64,000 nucleotides of DNA from a bacterium (lineage in GTDB: Bacteria > Patescibacteriota > Patescibacteriia > UBA9570): contig JAUYKW010000001.1 in NCBI GenBank assembly GCA_030698395.1, positions 29,735-93,734 on the forward strand, written 5' to 3'. A program made the translations under genes and the position numbers. Below the pieces are notes generated by a model. The model saw only the letters and a list, made by a program, of their open reading frames with translations, was not told where the DNA came from and did not search any database. Positions 10,092-19,472 of this stretch are shown one piece after another. Within the stretch, counting starts at the first letter, position 1, and the number at the start of each line of letters is the position of its first letter.

Positions 10092-11933
10092 TTGATGAAG
10101 AAAGAACGTGCTGGCAATGTAATATCAAATAACCTCGTAGCGATTTTACTGTCACTAACTTGCGGTATTGTTTTATTATTATTCGCTCTCTCTGGTAGTG
10201 GAGTTGATTGGTATATTAGTGAGACTTTATCTGAGATTATCTACTCAGCCATTTTCTATTATCAAGAAATACCGTATTTTACATTTTTCCTTAATGGCGG
10301 ATCATACATGATCCAGGATCCCCAAAGTCCACTCCTGTCAATTTCTACATTATGGATTTTGCTATTTGGTCCCCATGGTGGCATCCGATTTGCAGCTTTC
10401 TTTTGGGGTATAGCTGGTTGTTATTCTATGTATGCATGGCTACGACATAAAATAGGAAATAATCCAGCACTATTTGCTGGAGTAAGCTGGGTACTCAGCA
10501 ATGGTTTCTTTTGGAGACTAACTGTAGGGCATGACATGTTTCTCTGGTATCTTGGTGTTCCCATTCTATTGATTGTTCTGGAAAAACTCATAAAGCAACC
10601 TAGCTTCCGCAACAGTGTTCTAGCGGGTTTAATATTTGGCTTATATTTGGCTGGGCCAACGTTCCATGCTCTCGTTTATTTTGTCGCCCCTTTAATTCTG
10701 TTATGGTTTATTATTTTTCTGATTGCTAATAAAAATAAATCTTCCATAAAGAAATTGTTATTGTATAGTTTGTCCGCAATAGGTATTGCAATTATGATTA
10801 CGGCTCCAAAACTAATATCTTGGTTCATCTTTCCAATGAAGAGGCCCATAATTGAAGAGGGTACTCTTTTTCTAAAAGATACTATAATATCACTTATTTA
10901 TTTTATTCCTAACTGGACCAGCTTTTCGCTTAATAATGTATTACTAGATAGTGGTTCACCAATTTTTTTAATCCCTCTACCAGAAGTAAATATTGCACTC
11001 ACTCCTTTTGCTACTGCTTTAGCACTGTTTGGAGTACTGGTTCCATTTCGAAAAAAAATACCACGGCCAGCTACATATATCTATGCGGTAATCTTAGTAA
11101 TTCTGGGTATTTTTCTAGCGTCCAGTTCACATTTTGCAACTTTTTTCCATCAAATATCTAATGGGAGTTTTCGTGTTGTTGGTAGATTCACTGCCATTTC
11201 CGCATTTGGACTAGCAATTCTTTCTGGATATGGCTTACAGTTGTTTCTCTCTCTGTTGAAAAAAAAATATCATAAAATTATCATCTCAACAGTTTTTTTA
11301 AGTATATTAATTTTTTCCGGTTATTGGTTCTATTCTGCTACAAATTTAATTACAGACGATTTCACTCCTCCGGCTCCACTTTTACAACCGCTCTCGCCTC
11401 TTTGGACTCACCAAAAAATAAATGAAACAAACCCAGTCATTGTCCGAATGGACATCAGTACCGAAACAGCAGAAGCAAATAAAATAATCAACAACAAAGT
11501 AACAATGTCCGAATGGAAAATTACTGGCAATGATGATAATGCGTTACTTAATAATAAAATAAATGCTCTGCTATCTAACAAATCATTCGAAGCTCCTTTA
11601 TCAGATCAGTTATCACCTGATCAAATTCAATTAACTCATACCACACTAACAATTTTAGACTTACCGGCCAACACTCCGACAACTGTTCGATTATCATCTG
11701 CCATCTACCAAAAAAAAGTGACTACTCAACCAAAGAATGCTGATGTTGAAATATCAGATAATAATGGACAACTCGTCATTACAAATCACAGCGATAATGT
11801 TATCGAAAAAGTAACGATCAAAGTTACTGATCCTATTCCAGTAATTGCATGGATAATTTCAGCGTTAACGCTTCTGGCTGCAACAATTTTTCTACTTCTA
11901 AAACCAACATTGCTACGTTTAAGGAAACGTTAG
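10092..11933 (+). CDS. Large polytopic integral membrane protein (about 12 or more transmembrane helices, with a C-terminal extracytoplasmic domain and a terminal transmembrane helix); possibly a GT-C-fold glycosyltransferase-like protein
   Basis: Hydrophobicity pattern only: many N-terminal transmembrane segments, a soluble Thr/Asn-rich C-terminal region and a final transmembrane helix (AWIISALTLLAATIFLLL). No diagnostic motif was recognised. Confidence 0.45.
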   Translation: MMKKERAGNVISNNLVAILLSLTCGIVLLLFALSGSGVDWYISETLSEIIYSAIFYYQEIPYFTFFLNGGSYMIQDPQSPLLSISTLWILLFGPHGGIRFAAFFWGIAGCYSMYAWLRHKIGNNPALFAGVSWVLSNGFFWRLTVGHDMFLWYLGVPILLIVLEKLIKQPSFRNSVLAGLIFGLYLAGPTFHALVYFVAPLILLWFIIFLIANKNKSSIKKLLLYSLSAIGIAIMITAPKLISWFIFPMKRPIIEEGTLFLKDTIISLIYFIPNWTSFSLNNVLLDSGSPIFLIPLPEVNIALTPFATALALFGVLVPFRKKIPRPATYIYAVILVILGIFLASSSHFATFFHQISNGSFRVVGRFTAISAFGLAILSGYGLQLFLSLLKKKYHKIIISTVFLSILIFSGYWFYSATNLITDDFTPPAPLLQPLSPLWTHQKINETNPVIVRMDISTETAEANKIINNKVTMSEWKITGNDDNALLNNKINALLSNKSFEAPLSDQLSPDQIQLTHTTLTILDLPANTPTTVRLSSAIYQKKVTTQPKNADVEISDNNGQLVITNHSDNVIEKVTIKVTDPIPVIAWIISALTLLAATIFLLLKPTLLRLRKR

Positions 11934-12023
11934 ATCTTATCTAGTTAAAAATCAAGTTCCCTTTTTTAAACCTCATTATGATATACTAAATTTCTATAAT
12001 ATCTCTTATTTACTTATAAAATT

Positions 12024-13169
12024 ATGTCTAATATCTTGTTCGATTATAAAAAAACAGCTCAGGTACAATCAAAAAAACTCAACGCTACTGCCAAACAGTT
12101 AGAGAAATATTCAACGCGCCTACAGAAAATTGCTGAAGCAAAAGATTATTCTACCAACGAAGCTTCATTGCAACTTCCCTTCGATACAAATAATCTGAAA
12201 GAAGTAAAATCTCTTGCAAAGAAAGTTAGCTCGAAAAAATTGAAACAAGTTGTAGTAATTGGAATTGGCGGCTCAAATTTAGGAACCATAGCAATATACG
12301 AAGCTATCTATAGCAAACTAGATCATTTAGATAGCAAACGACTACCTAAACTACTTTTTTTGGATACTGTTTCAAGTTTAAAAATGCAGCATGTTGTTCA
12401 ATCTGTTAACGAATTAAAAACTGCTCAAGAATTTCTAGTGGTTGCGATTAGTAAATCTGGCGGCACAGCTGAAACCATCGCAAACTTAGAAGTAGTGTGG
12501 GCGCAACTTGGCAAGAAATTTAAAAGTGTAAAAAAGAGAACAGTATTTATTACTGATTTTGAATCGAAATTATGGAAGAAGGCAGAGGAAGAAAAAATTT
12601 ACAAACTGCAAATACCAAAAATGGTTGGTGGTCGTTATTCTGTATTCTCTAGTGTTGGTTTGCTTCCTTTGTATCTTGCTGGAATTAATATTGATAAATT
12701 ACTAAAAGGTGCTAGAACAGCCATTGATAATTGCACTAGTTTAGATTTAAAACAAAATCAAGCTTTAGTAAGTGCAATCTTAACGGTTACACACAGTAAA
12801 AAGAAAATAAACATTCACAATACTTTCTTATTCAATCCAGAATTAGAATCAACCGGAAAATGGTATCGCCAACTAATGGGTGAAAGCGTTGGCAAAGAAC
12901 ATGACTTATCTGGCAAGACTATACGTGCAGGAATCACACCTATTGTTTCTATCGGATCAACCGATCTCCATTCAATGGCTCAGCTATATTTTGGTGGCCC
13001 GAAAGATAAATTCACCAACATTGTATATTATTCATCTGGTCCGAGCGTAAAAGTTGAATCACTCGCCTTGGCTGGCTTAGTAAATGGCATTAAAGGAAAA
13101 TCATTCTCCAAAATCATGCAAGCCATTATTGGTGGCGTCACTGTAGCATACAAAAGAGCTACCATATAA
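12024..13169 (+). CDS. pgi: Glucose-6-phosphate isomerase (short form)
   Basis: PGI signature GGRYSVFSSVGLLP and the SIS-domain block VVIGIGGSNLG. Confidence 0.75.
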   Translation: MSNILFDYKKTAQVQSKKLNATAKQLEKYSTRLQKIAEAKDYSTNEASLQLPFDTNNLKEVKSLAKKVSSKKLKQVVVIGIGGSNLGTIAIYEAIYSKLDHLDSKRLPKLLFLDTVSSLKMQHVVQSVNELKTAQEFLVVAISKSGGTAETIANLEVVWAQLGKKFKSVKKRTVFITDFESKLWKKAEEEKIYKLQIPKMVGGRYSVFSSVGLLPLYLAGINIDKLLKGARTAIDNCTSLDLKQNQALVSAILTVTHSKKKINIHNTFLFNPELESTGKWYRQLMGESVGKEHDLSGKTIRAGITPIVSIGSTDLHSMAQLYFGGPKDKFTNIVYYSSGPSVKVESLALAGLVNGIKGKSFSKIMQAIIGGVTVAYKRATI

Positions 13170-13237
13170 GCAACATACAAAAGTATGAAATATCGAAATA
13201 TTATATTATGTTAGGTATTATTTCTTTTAGGAATCTA

Positions 13238-13269
13238 AAAAGCCAGCAATAAATACTACTGGCTTTTAA
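13238..13269. terminator. Bidirectional intrinsic terminator hairpin between the convergent pgi and the membrane-protein gene
   Basis: aaaaAGCCAG-caataaatacta-CTGGCTtttaaa: a 7-bp stem flanked by an A-run and a T-run. Confidence 0.5.
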
Positions 13270-13281
13270 ATTGAAAAACTT

Positions 13282-13782
13282 CTACAAAGCCTTTGCAAGT
13301 GCGACAACAGTGTACCAACAAATTAGACTAATCATGCCAGAGATCATTGCCATCTTTTTAACTTTTAGCATTTCTGGTGTTGGTTTGCCATCTACTGGTG
13401 ACAACTTCGCCATCTTTGGTTTAATTCCGAAACTCATCAGAAAGCCATTAATAACCAAAACAAGTACAACAATCATTTTTATTCGGAACAGTCCTTCTGC
13501 TGGTTCTTCCATTGATGATAAGATTGGACCAGTGATACCTAATAGAATAATACCTCCCCAAATTAACTTACTAATAATGGACATTATCTTGCCTCCAGCT
13601 TTGGCTAACTCTGCATCTTTACTGCTTTTGATCATGAGAAGCGTTACTATTGTGGCACCACCTACTCCCCAAGCCATTCCAACAAGATGAAAAAACTTAA
13701 CTATTGCTTCTGCTTCCATATTTATCTCAACTTTAATATTTTGTTCTAAAACCAGAATAGCACTTACTGGTATTTTACTCAA
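13282..13782 (-). CDS. Small integral membrane protein (about 4 transmembrane helices), hypothetical
   Basis: Hydrophobic helices (GVGGATIVTLLMI, LIWGGIILLGITGPIL, MIVVLVLVINGFLMSF, MISGMISLICWYTVVALA). Preferred over the overlapping +strand ORF because of the terminator placement and a more protein-like composition. Confidence 0.45.
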   Translation of the reverse strand: MSKIPVSAILVLEQNIKVEINMEAEAIVKFFHLVGMAWGVGGATIVTLLMIKSSKDAELAKAGGKIMSIISKLIWGGIILLGITGPILSSMEEPAEGLFRIKMIVVLVLVINGFLMSFGIKPKMAKLSPVDGKPTPEMLKVKKMAMISGMISLICWYTVVALAKAL

Positions 13783-13850
13783 TTATTCACTCATTCAGTT
13801 ATAAAGTGTTATAATAATCATAGACACTTTTTACAAATAATACAGTACAA

Positions 13851-15635
13851 ATGAAAATATTAAATAATATGAAATCAGTTGCGCAACTAACTTTTACTTT
13901 CTTTGTTGTTGTAATAGCTACAGTAATAGTATTCAGCGCTACAAAACCTGCTGTCTCACAAGCAGAAGAATTAAATTTAAAGGCTACTACGCCTATACAA
14001 GGATTTCAAGTTGAAACTCTAAGATCAAACAAAGTTAAATTGGATTGGAAAAAATATGAGGGTGTAAACAAATATCGCATTGCAGTGATTAATGCAGAAA
14101 GTGGTAAAAGAAAAAAAGTGTTATATACAAATAGAACCAAAAAAACTGTAAAAAGATTAAAGCATGACACAGATTATGAATTCAAACTACGAGCTAAAGC
14201 AAAAAGTAAAAAAAATATAAAAGCAAATGCACTTACTTCACATACAAAAGTTAGCTTTACTCCAGAAGCATTCACAGTAGAGGATGATTATAACGGATCT
14301 ACGTTAGGTGCAGTATATCCAACAGCAGATATCGCATTTGTAGATGGCCATGAAGGACAAGGGATGATTCACGTATATAGTCCAACTGATGATGGAGGAG
14401 AATTACGAGCGAATGCTTTGGGATACGAAATTAATGATGGAGATCTAATGGATTCCCGATCTGGAACAATCGAACTTTGGGTAAATCCCGCTAGTGATGT
14501 AATCGAGAACTCAAACACTCATGGGCTTATGTCTGCATGGACTCACAATGGAATCAATCGCTGGGGTATTACTGTTTATCAGAACCAATTAATAGTTTAT
14601 AGAGATTTTGCGCCATGTATTAGATCTATCAATAGAATAGATTATACTTTTGAAACAGGGCAATGGTATAAATTAACCATGTCTTGGCGTGGACCACTGA
14701 CAACATTCTATATCAACAATGAAGAAGTAGGTACGTTTGAAAATGAAAGCCGTAACATCTATAAAACAGGAGGCAGCTATGATCATGCAGACGATGGCAC
14801 TTTAAAAGTTGGAGATGATTTATTTGTATCAGATAATCTTCGAGTATCAAAAGAATCTACTCTACCAGTACAAAAAATTAATTACGATGAAATAGACAAT
14901 ATAGAGTGTCCAAATTTTGTTGGCATGCTAGACGAAAATATTGATGAAGAATACGAAAATATTAAATTGCATAATTTCCCTAGCCAAGAAACTAGAAACG
15001 TTATTAAGGGATATATTGATGATCTTCCTAACTCATATTTCGATAATGGATCAGCAACCCAAGATATTCAACATATAGTTCTAGTTGACGATTCTCAATA
15101 TGAAGTAGGCCAACGAACTGGCGATAACACAGGGTCCATTGCAAATTTCGCTTTCTATGGCAGAGCGATGTATTTAAAGGAATCATATTTTGATACAGTT
15201 GCAGAATTAGAAGATCAACAAAAGAATTTCTTTCATGAAGCTGGGCATGCACATATTTATAGCCAAGGATTGAACTATAGCGGACCCTTTAGTGGAAGCA
15301 CCCGTACTGAGTGGGGCAAAATATCCGGCTTAAGTACTTATGCTGGTGAATGTACAAACCCAGACACATTTATATTAGAAGATGGATTCCTCACAGCTCA
15401 TGGATCTACCATGCCAGATGAGGATTTAGCAGAATGGGCCGGTATTGTTATGGATATGTATCAAAAAGATTCTACATTCGCGGTTTATCTAAATCCCGCA
15501 AAACCAAAATATAGCAACAAATTTCAACAAAAAATTGATTTCCTTCTAGAAAAGAAATTTATCACCCAAAAAATTTACGATGCTGTGACTCGTAATCAAA
15601 ATAATGTTACAGACTATACAATGTTTAATGGCTGA
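13851..15635 (+). CDS. Secreted multidomain protein with an FN3-like domain, a LamG/ConA-like lectin domain and an HExxH zinc-metallopeptidase-like motif
   Basis: Signal anchor. FN3-like segment (GFQVETLRSNKVKLDWKKYEGVNKYRIAVIN...DTDYEFKLRAKA). LamG-like core (GTIELWVNP...). HEAGHAH (HExxH) near the C-terminal third. Confidence 0.5.
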   Translation: MKILNNMKSVAQLTFTFFVVVIATVIVFSATKPAVSQAEELNLKATTPIQGFQVETLRSNKVKLDWKKYEGVNKYRIAVINAESGKRKKVLYTNRTKKTVKRLKHDTDYEFKLRAKAKSKKNIKANALTSHTKVSFTPEAFTVEDDYNGSTLGAVYPTADIAFVDGHEGQGMIHVYSPTDDGGELRANALGYEINDGDLMDSRSGTIELWVNPASDVIENSNTHGLMSAWTHNGINRWGITVYQNQLIVYRDFAPCIRSINRIDYTFETGQWYKLTMSWRGPLTTFYINNEEVGTFENESRNIYKTGGSYDHADDGTLKVGDDLFVSDNLRVSKESTLPVQKINYDEIDNIECPNFVGMLDENIDEEYENIKLHNFPSQETRNVIKGYIDDLPNSYFDNGSATQDIQHIVLVDDSQYEVGQRTGDNTGSIANFAFYGRAMYLKESYFDTVAELEDQQKNFFHEAGHAHIYSQGLNYSGPFSGSTRTEWGKISGLSTYAGECTNPDTFILEDGFLTAHGSTMPDEDLAEWAGIVMDMYQKDSTFAVYLNPAKPKYSNKFQQKIDFLLEKKFITQKIYDAVTRNQNNVTDYTMFNG

Positions 15636-15890
15636 TTAAATAAAGTTGTCAAACTCATCGTCCTCTGCAACAACACTGCTGTCACTGCCGATAATATTTT
15701 GTACCCGCCCTACTTGACCATCCTCTAACCTTACTTTAATACCACGCGGATGAATGGCTTTGCTAGTTAATAGATTCTTTACTATACCTCTAGTTAAAGT
15801 GCCAGTTTTCTGATCTTTTTTTAAAACAATATCTACTTCTAGCCCAGGATAGATATCTGCTCTATTTTGTCCATCATTCATATATTTCAT
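15636..15890 (-). CDS. Small conserved protein, YwbE/DUF2196-like
   Basis: 84 aa. RADIYPGLEVDIVLKKDQKTGTLTRGIVKNLLTSKAIHPRGIKVRLEDGQVGRVQNI closely resembles the YwbE family core as I remember it. Confidence 0.45.
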   Translation of the reverse strand: MKYMNDGQNRADIYPGLEVDIVLKKDQKTGTLTRGIVKNLLTSKAIHPRGIKVRLEDGQVGRVQNIIGSDSSVVAEDDEFDNFI

Positions 15891-16012
15891 TATAAGGCAT
15901 GATTATCAGCTAACCAAATTATGTATTCTTCCCAATTTGCCAGCATGACTCATTTTAGGCATAATGATTATGCCTGATACTTACAATGAATTAGCAAATA
16001 GACTAAGAGAAA

Positions 16013-16555
16013 ATGGATAAAGAGGAAATTATCAATAGTATAAAACTCAGTCAAACAGGAAATACTGAAGCGTTTGGTCGTTTATTTGATTACTACTACC
16101 CTGAAATTCATCGCTATATTTACTATCGCGTAGGACACCAACAAGATGCTGAGGATGTAACAGCTAGTATATTTATCAAAATTTGGGATAAGATTAATCT
16201 CTACGACCAAGAAAAAGCATCATTTAGAGTTTGGATTTACCGGGTTGCTCACAACCATATGGTAGATTTTTACCGAAAAAAACGAGAAACGTACGAATTG
16301 CACGAAAATGCTATGTTAATGGATCCCAAAGACAACCCTGAAATCCTAACAAATCAAGAGAAAAAGCGCCTATTAGAAGCATTAAACAAGCTAACTCCAG
16401 TCCAACAACAGATATTACAACTACAATTCTTTTCTGATTTGAGTAACAAAGAAATAGCGAACATCGTAGATAAGAAGGAAGGAGCAATCAGAGCAATCCA
16501 ATTCAGAGCCTTAAGAACTCTTTTAGACGAGCTAAAACCTTATTATGAAGAATAG
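16013..16555 (+). CDS. RNA polymerase sigma-70 factor, ECF subfamily
   Basis: 180 aa with a region 2 block (DAEDVTASIFIKIWDKI...FRVWIYRVAHNHMVDFYRKK) and a region 4 helix-turn-helix (LSNKEIANIVDKKEGAIRAIQFRALRTL). Confidence 0.85.
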   Translation: MDKEEIINSIKLSQTGNTEAFGRLFDYYYPEIHRYIYYRVGHQQDAEDVTASIFIKIWDKINLYDQEKASFRVWIYRVAHNHMVDFYRKKRETYELHENAMLMDPKDNPEILTNQEKKRLLEALNKLTPVQQQILQLQFFSDLSNKEIANIVDKKEGAIRAIQFRALRTLLDELKPYYEE

Positions 16556-17585
16556 ATTATATAAAACAATTGATAGAACGCTAAAGCGGGGTAATGATGG
16601 TGCCCTGAATTCTTTTGTTGGAATGATTAGAGATGAACTACCAGTATCATCATCAACAAACAAGGAAAAAGTAAAAGAACAAGTTCTTGCATCCATCGCT
16701 AATAGACCACAAAAAATAACAAGCTCAGAACCAGAGCATGTAAGTAGTAGTAAGAACTATAAAAAATCATCGATTATTATAGCAATAATCGTAGCATGTA
16801 CTTTAGCATCTTCAGCCTCATATGCTTCATATTACTATTGGAATGAAGTTCAAGACGATCCAATGCTTGAAGAAAGAGGAACGCTACCACTCATCATAGA
16901 AAAAGTACAAACAGATGTGGAAGAGATTTTTAAGAAGAAATCAACAATGCCTATACCTGATGATAATGCAAAATTAGAAACACCTCCCAACAACCTATCG
17001 GATAACAATGAAGCATCAGAAGATAGTGAAGGAGTAGAAAATGATGAAAATCAAGAAGTTAAAAATACAAATAAAAAAGAAAATAAAAAAATTAAGAATG
17101 ACGCAAAATTAGAAGAAGAAAAAAAAGACAACTCCACTATTGAAGACTCTCCTGAAATAGTTGAAGAAAACAAAGAAGAAACAAATGATATCAATGAGGA
17201 TAGTATTATTGCAGATACTCCTAGTTTAGATGAAAATAACGAAAAAGATAATCAAACTGAACCAGCTATCAAAAACGAAGTTGATAGTGATGATACGATT
17301 AAAGAAGATGAACAAAAAGTTGAAATTCCAGAATCTAATGAACCCAATGAGATAGACGAAACAAATGAAGAGGATATAAAAGAAGACACAATGAAAATTG
17401 AAAATTCCCCTGCACTTGAAATTAAACCATTCAATAAGCTGGGGGTAATAGAAGAAACAACTACAATTGAAAAAGAAGATGCCGTAATTAATAAAGCAGA
17501 GATAATTATTAACAAGAAAAATTTTCTCCAGCAAAACTTAAGTAAAGAAGATTTACAAAAGATAATAAACAAAATTGGAAACTAA
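16545..17585 (+). CDS. Putative membrane-spanning anti-sigma factor with a highly acidic, low-complexity extracytoplasmic domain
   Basis: Overlaps the sigma factor stop by 11 nt. Short cytoplasmic N-domain, a single transmembrane helix (SIIIAIIVACTLASSASYASY), then a roughly 230-aa E/D/N/K-rich region. Confidence 0.5.
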   Translation: MKNRLYKTIDRTLKRGNDGALNSFVGMIRDELPVSSSTNKEKVKEQVLASIANRPQKITSSEPEHVSSSKNYKKSSIIIAIIVACTLASSASYASYYYWNEVQDDPMLEERGTLPLIIEKVQTDVEEIFKKKSTMPIPDDNAKLETPPNNLSDNNEASEDSEGVENDENQEVKNTNKKENKKIKNDAKLEEEKKDNSTIEDSPEIVEENKEETNDINEDSIIADTPSLDENNEKDNQTEPAIKNEVDSDDTIKEDEQKVEIPESNEPNEIDETNEEDIKEDTMKIENSPALEIKPFNKLGVIEETTTIEKEDAVINKAEIIINKKNFLQQNLSKEDLQKIINKIGN

Positions 17586-17602
17586 TAATTAGCATAATAA
17601 AT

Positions 17603-18727
17603 ATGCAAAACACAAACTATTTAAAAGACCATCAGCTTGTCACATTTATTGTGGTGGGTATTATTGCTCTGTTATCAGTAGCATTACTAACAACATCGGT
17701 ACTAGCAACTAGCAATAGTCAACGTGATGCAGACAAAGATGGTGTAGATGATTTAACAGACTATAATCCATATGATCATGATGACGATGGTATACCAGAT
17801 GATGTAGATGTTGATGATGATAATGATGGGTATGCAGACTGCGTAGAAAAAGGTAAATATAAGTTAGATCATGACAATGACGGAACCAGAGATAAAAATG
17901 ATACAGATGACGATAATGATGGCATATTAGATTTTGAAGATGCTTGGATGTTTGATAATGACAATGATGGTGTTGATGATGCTCAAGAAAATCGTTTAAC
18001 AGATCCAGCCGAAGATTTAGATAAAGATGGAATTCCCGATGCAATTGAGCGAGGCAAATATGTAAATAATCATGACAATGACAAATTAAAAGATAATGTA
18101 GATTTAGATGATGATAATGATGGTGAATTAGATAAAACTGAAACAAAGCACGATAAAAAAAATCATGACAACGACGAGAAAAAAGACAAAAAAGATCTAG
18201 ATGATGATAATGATGGTTTAAATGATTATGACGAAGGAAACTGCAAACTTCATCACGATCATGATAATGATGGAGACAAAGACGGCCATGATTCTGATGA
18301 CGACAATGACGGAATAGAAGATGCAGACGAAGTGGAGGGTCAAGAACACGATCAAGATAACGATGGCATCGAAGACGACGAAGATTACGATCAAGATAAC
18401 GATGGTGTTCAAGATCAAGGATCAGCAGCTGCAAGTGCTATCGAAGAAGCTCGTGACAACATAAATGACGCCGATGAAAAAATAGCTGAAGCATCGTCTA
18501 AAATTGATGAAGCGGATAATGAAGGTCGTGATACTACAGCTGCTACTGAAAAATACAATCAATCACTAGATTATCAAGATCGAGCTAATACTACTTATAA
18601 TCTAGCGCAGATAAACTATGACGATAGTGATTATATTTCAGCAGAAGAAAATGCAATGATTGCAGAAGGCCTTGCAAAAACTGCAAAAAAACTTGCTGAT
18701 CAAGCAAAAGATCTCGCAGACAACTAA
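17603..18727 (+). CDS. Secreted acidic calcium-binding repeat protein (thrombospondin type-3-like DxDxDG repeats) with a C-terminal coiled coil
   Basis: Signal anchor, then more than 12 tandem D-x-D-x-D-G loops (DADKDGVDDLTD, DHDDDGIPDD, DDDNDGYADC, DHDNDGTRDKND, DDDNDGILDFED, DNDNDGVDDAQE, DLDKDGIPDA, DDDNDGELDK, DDDNDGLNDY, DHDNDGDKDGHD, DDDNDGIEDADE, DQDNDGIEDDED, DQDNDGVQDQ), and an Ala/Glu/Lys-rich helical tail. Confidence 0.65.
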   Translation: MQNTNYLKDHQLVTFIVVGIIALLSVALLTTSVLATSNSQRDADKDGVDDLTDYNPYDHDDDGIPDDVDVDDDNDGYADCVEKGKYKLDHDNDGTRDKNDTDDDNDGILDFEDAWMFDNDNDGVDDAQENRLTDPAEDLDKDGIPDAIERGKYVNNHDNDKLKDNVDLDDDNDGELDKTETKHDKKNHDNDEKKDKKDLDDDNDGLNDYDEGNCKLHHDHDNDGDKDGHDSDDDNDGIEDADEVEGQEHDQDNDGIEDDEDYDQDNDGVQDQGSAAASAIEEARDNINDADEKIAEASSKIDEADNEGRDTTAATEKYNQSLDYQDRANTTYNLAQINYDDSDYISAEENAMIAEGLAKTAKKLADQAKDLADN

Positions 18728-18742
18728 ATCGGCAACGAACTA

Positions 18743-18777
18743 AAAAACGCGTGATCCTAATGGTTTGCGCGTTTTTG
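18743..18777. terminator. Bidirectional intrinsic terminator shared by convergent genes
   Basis: aaaaAACGCG-tgatcctaatggttt-GCGCGTTttt: a stem of 6-7 bp between an A-run and a T-run, overlapping the stop of the minus-strand gene. Confidence 0.5.
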
Positions 18778-19362
18778 GATTGTAGATAATATTAGAATAA
18801 CGCCAAATGCAATAAGTAAGGTAGTTTGATAAATGGGTTGCCAATCTACAAAATAATGCAATAAAAAAGAGCTACTTATAGAACTAATAAGTATTATCCC
18901 AGCAGATAAAAACGATGACTTTATAAAATTATCCGACTTTACTTGTAACATCAACCTCAACATTAATAAAAATATTAAAATTTGTCCTACAGCATATCCC
19001 TGAACGATATAATCTATAATATCGTATCCTCCTTTAGCTTTAATCATATATGCCGTTGCGAACAATATCAATAAATAAACAAAAACCGCACTATAGGTTA
19101 AAACATATGCTGATATTTTTTTTGTAAGAATTGTTTTCTGATTTGTAAAATATATCAATACTAAAGTACCACTAGAAATAGTTAGCAGTATTAAGAAGAT
19201 TACAAAACTAGAATTCTCTGATGCTACATACTTAATTAACTCATGATCTTTTCCAAAAAATAACAACTGCGATACTAGTACAGCATACATCCAAAGCGCA
19301 GAATCCTCAGACGCTCTTGGTAACCATAATCTCAAACGCTCTAATTTTTCTCTATTATTCAT
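18757..19362 (-). CDS. Integral membrane protein (about 6 transmembrane helices), hypothetical
   Basis: Hydrophobicity only (LLFFGKDHELIKY..., FVIFLILLTISSGTLVLIYF, VFVYLLILFATAYMI, ILIFLLMLRLMLQV, IILISSISSSFLLHYF, LLIAFGVILILSTI). Confidence 0.4.
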   Translation of the reverse strand: MNNREKLERLRLWLPRASEDSALWMYAVLVSQLLFFGKDHELIKYVASENSSFVIFLILLTISSGTLVLIYFTNQKTILTKKISAYVLTYSAVFVYLLILFATAYMIKAKGGYDIIDYIVQGYAVGQILIFLLMLRLMLQVKSDNFIKSSFLSAGIILISSISSSFLLHYFVDWQPIYQTTLLIAFGVILILSTIQKRANH

Positions 19363-19472
19363 TGATTTGCATTATATCCCATTTTAAATACTACCGCCAA
19401 TAGTATGATTGTCGACATTTACCACAGCACATTATTAACATATACTTAAGATAACTTATTATCGTTATAAAT

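Noticed and set aside
13271-13690. 139-aa plus-strand ORF overlapping the minus-strand 166-aa membrane protein
   Set aside because: Its composition is proline/isoleucine-rich and non-protein-like. A bidirectional terminator at 13238-13269 lies immediately upstream, which would end the pgi transcript before it. The minus-strand ORF has clean transmembrane helices.
17709-18434. 241-aa His-rich minus-strand ORF (HHHYHH... runs) inside the TSP3-repeat gene
   Set aside because: It is the antisense shadow of GAT/GAC/GAY-rich coding sequence (Asp codons read as His/Ile on the other strand). It has no start context and overlaps a well-supported gene completely.
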